From: an uncultured Verrucomicrobiota bacterium
GTDB taxonomy: Bacteria > Verrucomicrobiota > Kiritimatiellia > CAIQIC01 > Lenti-01
Length of the DNA stretch: 32,000 nucleotides
Direction of reading: 5' to 3'
Assembly (NCBI GenBank): GCA_937860055.1
Contig: CALMBO010000009.1
Span: 54,414 to 86,413, forward strand
Below, piece after piece: positions 25,304-32,000 of this stretch. The position numbers and the translations under genes are program-made. Numbering within the stretch: the first letter of the stretch is position 1; the number at the start of each line of letters is the position of its first letter. The notes under the pieces were generated by a model that saw nothing but the letters and a program-made list of their open reading frames with translations, did not search any database and was not told where the DNA came from.

Positions 25304-28300
25304 ATGACATTGACGAAAGCGTCGGAGAAGCAGATCGAAAAACTGGCGGCCCAGGCCCAGGCCGGCTTCTTGGACAATGCCACCGGCGCGTTCTTCCGCC
25401 GCATCGACTGGTGGGCCTTCTGGATCGTGTTCCTGGCGACCTTCGGCGTCTATTTCTACACGCTGGCGCCGACGCTCACGCTGGAGGATTCCGGCGAGCT
25501 GGCGGTGGCGTCGGACTATCTCGGCGTCCCGCATCCGCCGGGCTATCCGATCTGGACGCTGGTGACCTGGTTCTTCCAATGGGTCTTCCACTGGGTGACG
25601 TACCACGGGCATCCGAATCCGGCGTGGTCGGTGGGGCTGGCCTCGGCGGTGGCCGGGGCGGGGGCGTGCGCCTTGCTGGCGCTGCTGATCAGCCGTTCGG
25701 GCGCGGACCTGCTGCGGAGCATTCCGGCGCTGACGGACAAGGTCGGGTTCCGCACGGAGAACCTGTTCTGCCTGGTGGCGGGCATCTCGGGCGGGCTGCT
25801 GCTGGCATTCAGCCCGGTGCTGTGGTCGCAGAGCGTCATCGTGGAGGTATACAGCCTCAACGCGCTGTTCCAGCTGGCGGTGCTGCTGCTGATCTACATG
25901 TGGATGTGCCGCCCCAAGAGCGACACGCTGCTGTTCCTGGCCGCGTTCCTGTTCGGGCTGGGGCTGACCAATCACCAGACGCTGCTGTTCCTGGGCCTCG
26001 CCCTGGCGGTGGCCGTGCTGATGAAGGACGCGAACCTGTTCCGCGATTTCGCGATCGCGGCGGTGCTCGTCGGCGTCGTGTTCCTGCTCGCGGCCAAGGG
26101 GGTGGGGGTGGTCGTCGGAAAGGCGCAGATGGAGCTGGCCGGGGCCGATCCCACGATCTGGAAATGGTCGAGGGGCCCCTATACCGAGCCCTTCTGGATC
26201 TACAACTACCTGTTCCTGGCGGTTCCGATCGCCCTGGCGCTGGGGAGCGCCCTGCGGGACCGGACGGCCTCGGCCCGCCTGGGGTTCGGATTCCTGGCGA
26301 GCATGGCCATCTACCTCTGCATGGTGGCGGCCGCCGCCTTCCACCTGCGCCTCCTGGCGGGGAACGCCCAGCTTGCGCCGGAAGTCATGCAGGAGGCCCA
26401 GGGCTTCAGTCCGTGGCTGTTCAACTCGCTGCTTCCTCCCGAGACGGAGCGGGCGGCGAGTCCCTTCGCGGCATGGCTGTGGCAGGGGCCCGGCCAGCGG
26501 CTGGGCTTCCTGCTCCAGGTCTCCCTCCTGCTGCCGGTGGTGCTGGCGCTGGTGCGGCTGCCGCACGGCAAGACGGTGTGCGCGACCATCCTCCTGGCGG
26601 AGCTGGGGGTGGCGTTCTACCTCTATCTGCCGTTCGCCTCGGAGCAGAATCCGCCGATGAACTGGGGATATCCGCGCACGTGGGAAGGCTTCATGCACGC
26701 GGTGACGCGCGGGCAATACGAGGCCATCGTTCCGACGGACGTCTTCAGCGAGAAGTTCATCCAGCAGCTGGGCGCCTACCTCTCCGACCTGCGCAGCCAG
26801 TTCTCGCTGCCGGTGGCGGTGCTGGGCTTCCTGCCCTTCTGTTCCTGGGGCCTGGTGCTGGGCGGCAAGCGCCGCTCGGCGTTCCCGCTGGCCCTGGGGC
26901 TGGTGCTGGCGTCGTCGGCGCTGATCGTGCTGGAAACGGTGGCGGGCTGGACGGGGGCGGAGAAGCTGTACCGCCTGCTGATCGCGCCGATCCTGTTGCT
27001 GGCGGGCTGGGGGTTCTTCACGCTGCTGGCGCTCTACCTGAACAAGCAGATCTCCGACCTGCGCAACTACGCACTGGGGACGAAGCTGGTCATCGGGGGC
27101 TTCCTGGCCGTGGTGGCGCTCGGCGTGGTGTGGGTGGACGTGATGACCCTGAAGGCGCTGTTCACGGACAAGACGCTGTCGCAGATGGGCCGGGTGATCT
27201 TCGCCGGGGTGGTGATCGGTCCGCCGGTGGCGGTGGCGCTGGCGTGGGCGCTGGGCCGGTCGCGCTTCCAGCTGGATTCCGACCTGGGGGTTTCGCAGCA
27301 GCGGTGGCTGCTCACCTCGATGGTGGGTTTCTTCTCGGTCAGCGTGATCTTCCTGATCTTCCAGAACCCGCAGCTGGACATCCAGAACCTGTTCATCGGC
27401 CGCGTGCAGTTCATCCAGAGCCATGCGCTCTATTCGCTGTGGCTGGGCTACGGCATCCTGCTGTCGACGGCGTGGCTGGAGCGGATGCTGGGCCGCAAGG
27501 CGCTGCTTCCGGCCATGCTGGCCGGCCTGCTGCTGCCGGGCATCCTGCTGTGGCAGAACGGATATGACGAGGAGCAGCTGCGGATCGTCGGCGGCGCGGA
27601 GCAGAACGGCCACCACTACGGCTGGCAGTTCGGCAACTGGTCGCTCGAGGGCATCGGGGGGATCCGGGAGGATTTCCAGTATTGGTTCCCGGACGAAGAG
27701 GACTTCGCCCGCGAATGGGGGGCGCTAACCAGCGCGATGGGCAAGCCCGAGCCGGACTATCCGCCGCCGATGACGGAGGGGGCGATCTTCTACGGCGGCA
27801 CCGATCCGGGGCGTTTCGTGCCGACCTACATGATCTATTCGGCGGACGTGCGGCCCGACGTGTATCTCATCACCCAGAACGCGCTGGCGGACAACACGTT
27901 CATGAACATCACGCGCGACCTCTACGGCGACACCATCTACATTCCGTCGCTGGAGGACAGCAACGAGGCCTTCCGCAAGTACGTCGACGACGTGAACGCC
28001 GGCCGCATCCAGGCCGGGGCCGACATCAAGATCGAGAACGGCAAGGTCAGCGTGCAGGGCGTCGGCGGCGTCATGACCATCAACGGCATCCTGGCGGACC
28101 TGATCTTCAAGGAAAACAAGGACAAGCACGACTTCTACGTCGAGGAAAGCTATGTCATCGGCTGGATGTATCCCTACCTGACGCCGCACGGGATCATCAT
28201 GAAGCTCAACCGCGATCCGGTGACGAGCCTGGATCCCCAGCTGGTGGAGAACGACCACAAGTTCTGGGGCTGGTACACGAAATGGCTGCTGGACCAGCCG

Positions 28301-29101
28301 GGGTTCCGCCGCGACATCTGCGCGCGGAAGTCCTTCTCGAAGCTCCGCAGCGCCATCGCGGGCATCTACGACTACCGGCGCATGTACGACGAGGCCGAAT
28401 ACGCCTTCAAGCAGTCCATCGACCTGTATCCGCTGAGCCCGGAGGCCAACTTCCGCCTGGCGCAGATGTACATGAACATGCAGCGGTTCGAGGATGCCGG
28501 GAACCTCATCCGGGCCTTTGCGGAGGCCGACCCCAAGAACGAAAGCTCCAAGGGGTTCCTCGCCCAGATCGAGGGCACGATGAAGATGTCCCAGCGCCGG
28601 AGAGAGATCGAGCGGAAGCAGCAGGAGACGGGTGTCCTGACTCCCGACGAGGCGCTCGAGCTGGTGTCGATCTACCGCGCCTCGGGCATGCAGGGGGCCT
28701 ACCAGAACCTGGCTTCGCGCCTGCTTTCCGACACGAATCTTCCGCCGCAGCACATCCTCGCGCTGGCGAGCTTCTTCGCGCAGGAGCAACGCGTCGAGGG
28801 CCTGATCTATGCGCTGGAGCAGTACGTCCGGCAGGAGAGCGGAAACCTGGACGTGTGGCTCGACCTGGCCGCCGCCCATGCCTTCCTGCGGCGCGACGCG
28901 AACGCCATCGAGGCCACGCGCCGGGCCATCGAGATCGGCGGCGACCGCGCCCGCGAGGCGATTCTGCGCGACCCGCGCTTCCAGCCGCTGGCCACCAACC
29001 GCGAATTCCGCGCGCTCTTCCCGCGACAGACCGCCCCGCGTCCGGCCGGTCCCGTTCCGTTCCAGGGCGGCGCGCTGCCGAATCTGCCCGGCCTGAGATA
29101 G
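25304..29101 (+). CDS. DUF2723 (TMEM260-like, GT-C-fold-type) polytopic membrane protein with C-terminal soluble region and TPR repeats
   Basis: The N-terminal motif YFYTLAPTLTLEDSGELAVASDYLGVPHPPGYPIW matches the DUF2723 signature as I recall it. More than 15 hydrophobic helices follow. The C-terminal TPR-like repeats include YDEAEYAFKQSIDLYPLSPEANFRLAQMYMNMQRFEDA. Confidence 0.7.
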   Translation: MTLTKASEKQIEKLAAQAQAGFLDNATGAFFRRIDWWAFWIVFLATFGVYFYTLAPTLTLEDSGELAVASDYLGVPHPPGYPIWTLVTWFFQWVFHWVTYHGHPNPAWSVGLASAVAGAGACALLALLISRSGADLLRSIPALTDKVGFRTENLFCLVAGISGGLLLAFSPVLWSQSVIVEVYSLNALFQLAVLLLIYMWMCRPKSDTLLFLAAFLFGLGLTNHQTLLFLGLALAVAVLMKDANLFRDFAIAAVLVGVVFLLAAKGVGVVVGKAQMELAGADPTIWKWSRGPYTEPFWIYNYLFLAVPIALALGSALRDRTASARLGFGFLASMAIYLCMVAAAAFHLRLLAGNAQLAPEVMQEAQGFSPWLFNSLLPPETERAASPFAAWLWQGPGQRLGFLLQVSLLLPVVLALVRLPHGKTVCATILLAELGVAFYLYLPFASEQNPPMNWGYPRTWEGFMHAVTRGQYEAIVPTDVFSEKFIQQLGAYLSDLRSQFSLPVAVLGFLPFCSWGLVLGGKRRSAFPLALGLVLASSALIVLETVAGWTGAEKLYRLLIAPILLLAGWGFFTLLALYLNKQISDLRNYALGTKLVIGGFLAVVALGVVWVDVMTLKALFTDKTLSQMGRVIFAGVVIGPPVAVALAWALGRSRFQLDSDLGVSQQRWLLTSMVGFFSVSVIFLIFQNPQLDIQNLFIGRVQFIQSHALYSLWLGYGILLSTAWLERMLGRKALLPAMLAGLLLPGILLWQNGYDEEQLRIVGGAEQNGHHYGWQFGNWSLEGIGGIREDFQYWFPDEEDFAREWGALTSAMGKPEPDYPPPMTEGAIFYGGTDPGRFVPTYMIYSADVRPDVYLITQNALADNTFMNITRDLYGDTIYIPSLEDSNEAFRKYVDDVNAGRIQAGADIKIENGKVSVQGVGGVMTINGILADLIFKENKDKHDFYVEESYVIGWMYPYLTPHGIIMKLNRDPVTSLDPQLVENDHKFWGWYTKWLLDQPGFRRDICARKSFSKLRSAIAGIYDYRRMYDEAEYAFKQSIDLYPLSPEANFRLAQMYMNMQRFEDAGNLIRAFAEADPKNESSKGFLAQIEGTMKMSQRRREIERKQQETGVLTPDEALELVSIYRASGMQGAYQNLASRLLSDTNLPPQHILALASFFAQEQRVEGLIYALEQYVRQESGNLDVWLDLAAAHAFLRRDANAIEATRRAIEIGGDRAREAILRDPRFQPLATNREFRALFPRQTAPRPAGPVPFQGGALPNLPGLR

Positions 29102-29106
29102 CCGCC

Positions 29107-30087
29107 GTGGCCGATCCCGCCGGAGCCGCCGGTTTCGCGGCATTGACGCCCGATGCCGTGATGGACCGCGCCGAACGGGCCTCGGGGCGCCGGGTTTCCG
29201 GCATCTGCCGCCCGCTGACCTCCTACATCAACCGCGTCTACGAAGTCGGCCTCGAGGACGGCGGGTTCCTCGTCGCCAAGTTCTACCGTCCCGGGCGCTG
29301 GACGAGGGAGGCCCTGCAGGACGAGCAGGATTTCCTGCTCGAACTCGCCGCCGACGAGATTTCCGTCGTCGCGCCGCTGGCGGATGCGGAAGGCCGGACC
29401 CTCCATGAAGAAGACGGGATTTTCTTTGCCCTGTTCCCGCGCATGGGCGGACGCCCCTGCGACGAACCTTCCCGGGAGGAATGGCTGCAGATCGGCCGCC
29501 TGCTGGGGCGCATCCACCAGGTGGGCGCGCGCCATTCCGCCGCGAACCGCCTGGAGCTCCATCCGCGGAAATCCTCGCGGACGCATCTGGAGTTCCTGCG
29601 CGATTCCGGCGCGATCCCGTCCGAGGTCCAGGGCCGCTATCTCGACGTCGCGCAGCGCCTGCTCGACCGCATCGCGCCGATGTTCGATGGCATCGAAACG
29701 CAGCGCCTGCATGGCGATCTGCACCGCATGAACCTGCTCTGGCGGCCGGGCGAGGGATTCCACGCCATCGATTTCGACGACATGGCCATGGGGCCCGCCA
29801 TCCAGGACCTGTGGATGCTGCTGCCGGACCGCCTGCCGGCGGCGCGGCCCGAGTTCGAGCTGCTGCTGGAGGGCTACGACACCTTTGCGGAATACGACGA
29901 CGCGCAGACGCGGCTCATCGAGCCCCTGCGCGCCATGCGCTATCTGCACTATGCCGCCTGGTGCGCCCGCCAGAAGGCCGACGGGGGGCGCGGGCTTCTG
30001 GCCGCCGACTGGGGCACGGCGGAATTCTGGCGCCGCGAACTCGCCGATCTCCAGCGCCAGGCCCGGGATATCGAAGACCTGGCTTGA
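29107..30087 (+). CDS. srkA: Stress-response Ser/Thr kinase SrkA (YihE/RdoA family)
   Basis: LTSYINRVYEVGLEDGGFLVAKFYRPGRWT, the catalytic HGDLHRMNLLW and IDFDDMAMGPAIQDLWMLL parallel E. coli YihE. The GTG start lies 5 nt after the upstream stop; the ATG at 29161 would truncate a conserved N-terminal region. Confidence 0.8.
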   Translation: MADPAGAAGFAALTPDAVMDRAERASGRRVSGICRPLTSYINRVYEVGLEDGGFLVAKFYRPGRWTREALQDEQDFLLELAADEISVVAPLADAEGRTLHEEDGIFFALFPRMGGRPCDEPSREEWLQIGRLLGRIHQVGARHSAANRLELHPRKSSRTHLEFLRDSGAIPSEVQGRYLDVAQRLLDRIAPMFDGIETQRLHGDLHRMNLLWRPGEGFHAIDFDDMAMGPAIQDLWMLLPDRLPAARPEFELLLEGYDTFAEYDDAQTRLIEPLRAMRYLHYAAWCARQKADGGRGLLAADWGTAEFWRRELADLQRQARDIEDLA

Positions 30088-30265
30088 GCCATCCATTTTT
30101 TCCGGATTCGGGATTGAATCCCCGCGGAAAGGGAGCGAGGATGGAATCGCAGATGAAAGCACGGGATGCAGGAATGGCGGCGCCGGGTAACGGGCATGGA
30201 TGGAAGATTTCCGCCGTTCCCGCCGCATCCCGATCCGGATACGCGAAGATCTGAGGCCCATACCG

Positions 30266-31114
30266 ATGTCGGAAAAGTTATGCGTGAAGAAGGCCGCCGA
30301 CCTCCTGGCTTTCCTCCATGCCTATTTGCATGGATGGTCCCGCAACACCATCAAGCAGCGGTTGCTGGCGGGCTGCGTTCGGGTAAACGGCGCGTCCGTC
30401 GGCCGGCATGATTTCGCGCTCAAGGCCGGCGACCAGGTCGAGGTTTCGGCGCCTTCCCGGCCGGCGGGCGATTCGCTGCCATCGCTGGAAATCCTGTATG
30501 CCGACCGCGATTTGATCGCCATCAACAAGCCGGCCGGCCTGTTGGCGGTGGGCACCACCCAGGAGAACCGGCGGCATGCCCTGGCCCTGCTCCGCCACCA
30601 GCTGTCGCGCCGGTCGTCCGCGGTCCGGCTATGGCCCGTGCACCGGATCGACCGGGACACGTCGGGCGTCCTGCTGTTTGCCACGTCCCGCGAAATGCGG
30701 GAGGCGGTCATGGCCCGGTGGACCACCGCCGAGAAGATCTACCTGGCGGTGGTGGAGGGGTGCCCGGCCCCTGCGCATGGCACGATCGACCAGCCCCTGC
30801 GGCTGGATGAAGAGGAATACCGGGTGCATGTGGGCGCCCATCCCCGCGCCAAGCCGGCGCGGACGCATTATGCGACCGAGAGCACGGAGGGGGGGAGATC
30901 CCTGGTGCGGATCCAGCTGGAAACCGGCCGGCAGCATCAGATCCGCGCGCACATGGCCTGGCTCGGCTGCCCTGTCGTGGGGGATCCTCGCTATGGCAAG
31001 GCGGGCGGACGCCTGGGCCTGCATGCCCTGAGATTGAAAATCGCCAGCCCCGGCGGCGGCAAGGATCTGATTTTCGAGGCGCCCGTTCCGGACGATTTTT
31101 GGGCGCTCCTGTAA
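30266..31114 (+). CDS. RluA-family pseudouridine synthase with N-terminal S4-like domain
   Basis: LIAINKPAGLL, the catalytic VHRIDRDTSGVLLFA, and GRQHQIRAHMAWLGCPVVGDPRYG. The start may be upstream at 30200. Confidence 0.85.
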   Translation: MSEKLCVKKAADLLAFLHAYLHGWSRNTIKQRLLAGCVRVNGASVGRHDFALKAGDQVEVSAPSRPAGDSLPSLEILYADRDLIAINKPAGLLAVGTTQENRRHALALLRHQLSRRSSAVRLWPVHRIDRDTSGVLLFATSREMREAVMARWTTAEKIYLAVVEGCPAPAHGTIDQPLRLDEEEYRVHVGAHPRAKPARTHYATESTEGGRSLVRIQLETGRQHQIRAHMAWLGCPVVGDPRYGKAGGRLGLHALRLKIASPGGGKDLIFEAPVPDDFWALL

Positions 31115-31174
31115 GGCGGGCCGGGAAGCGCATTCATCCGGAGGGAGCGGCGCCGCCGTTCCGCACGGATATTC

Positions 31175-31933
31175 CTACATCTTCCGCGCGACGAACAGCC
31201 AATCCCACGGGAAGGGGGCTTTCATCCACCGCGGCGGGATCGCGAACTCGGTTCCCCAGGGATACTCGATTTTTTCGATCTCCAGCGTGCGCATGCCTCT
31301 GTTCCCCAGGAGGATCATCACTTCTTCCCTGAGGAAGTGCTTGGTTTCGATGCCGTCGATCCGCACGACCCCTTCATGGGCCCTGGGCTTGCGGATGGGC
31401 CGATGGGCCCGGAACCCGGAGCGGACGGCGCGGCCCGGCCGCATGCCTTCCCGGAGATTCCACTCGATCAGCCGGAAATCGGCGAGGAAGATGGATTCCA
31501 GGGCGGGCACGACTAGGACCAGATGCCCTCCGGGGCGGAGGTGCCGGCACGTGACGTCGAGGAGTCGGTTCCGGTGGGTGATCGAGGGCGAGATGGCGGA
31601 GTTCACGCACAGGGCGAAATCGGCGGGGGGGAGGCGCATGCCCGGTGCCGCCAGATCGGCGGTGCGATAGGACACGTTAGAGAGGCGGGAATGCGCCGCC
31701 CGGGCCTTGGCGATGCATTTGGACGACAGATCCAGCGCGAGGACCTTCCGGAACTGTCCGGCCAACAGCGGGAGAAAATGGCCGATGCCGCATCCGATGT
31801 CGCTCGCCGCCTGGTTCTTCTTTCCATACCGGCGGATCCGGCTTGCGATGAGGTCCGCCCGGTCATGCTCCCGCACGCTGAAGATCTCGTCTTCGTAGCG
31901 ATCGGCCATTCGGTTCCAATAGGTACGGTTCAT
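31175..31933 (-). CDS. Class I SAM-dependent methyltransferase
   Basis: Motif I ASDIGCGIGHF, post-I VLALDLS, and LRPGGHLVLVVP. The substrate is not inferable. Confidence 0.75.
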   Translation of the reverse strand: MNRTYWNRMADRYEDEIFSVREHDRADLIASRIRRYGKKNQAASDIGCGIGHFLPLLAGQFRKVLALDLSSKCIAKARAAHSRLSNVSYRTADLAAPGMRLPPADFALCVNSAISPSITHRNRLLDVTCRHLRPGGHLVLVVPALESIFLADFRLIEWNLREGMRPGRAVRSGFRAHRPIRKPRAHEGVVRIDGIETKHFLREEVMILLGNRGMRTLEIEKIEYPWGTEFAIPPRWMKAPFPWDWLFVARKM

Positions 31934-32000
31934 GGGGCGGCTTACCTTGGTTTCCAGATTTTCAAGCCTACGCCGGGGGAAAGGAGGGAGTCAAGGAAGG

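Noticed and set aside
30088-30265. 178-bp gap between srkA and the pseudouridine synthase, with a small hairpin (CGGGAT-tga-ATCCCG) preceded by a T6 run. It might be a small RNA or a terminator.
   Set aside because: The stem is only 5-6 bp. The T-run is on the wrong side for a plus-strand terminator. The rest of the gap may be the 5' extension of the synthase ORF (alternative start at 30200).

Overview
GC-rich (roughly two-thirds G+C by eye) bacterial chromosomal window, almost entirely coding. I can support about 29 protein genes. I recognise no rRNA, tRNA, CRISPR array, transposase or integrase. The gene content (skp-lpxD, a DUF2723/TPR membrane protein, a sigma-less Rsb module with a transmembrane PP2C phosphatase) fits a diderm, possibly a PVC-group organism, but taxonomy cannot be settled from this sequence. 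Layout: (1) gatA 3' end and gatB. (2) A plus-strand cluster of GNAT, a 988-aa beta-propeller + Cache-like + MFS fusion, a Cache-HAMP-PP2C phosphatase, a STAS antagonist, an RsbW-type kinase and alpha-acetolactate decarboxylase. (3) On the minus strand, a secreted helical protein and a 982-aa ABCG-type NBD-TMD protein, with a second orphan STAS gene divergent from them. (4) A CDF transporter and a Na/Pi cotransporter. (5) An eight-gene, tightly coupled minus-strand ars operon: arsR, ArsP-like permease, mini-thioredoxin, membrane thioredoxin, arsC, arsM, acr3, ccdA. It has an 18-bp perfect AT-rich palindrome over its promoter. (6) A divergent secreted VWA protein. (7) A triple tandem hairpin repeat followed by lapA-like, skp, lpxD, DUF2723/TPR and srkA. 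(8) An RluA-family pseudouridine synthase and a convergent methyltransferase. The two best candidates for undescribed biology are the sensor-fused MFS transporter translationally coupled to a partner-switching module with no sigma factor, and the ars operon carrying a CcdA plus membrane-thioredoxin relay. All functional calls come from reading motifs in the supplied translations; no database search was run. The many long alternate-frame ORFs in the track are GC-driven shadows.
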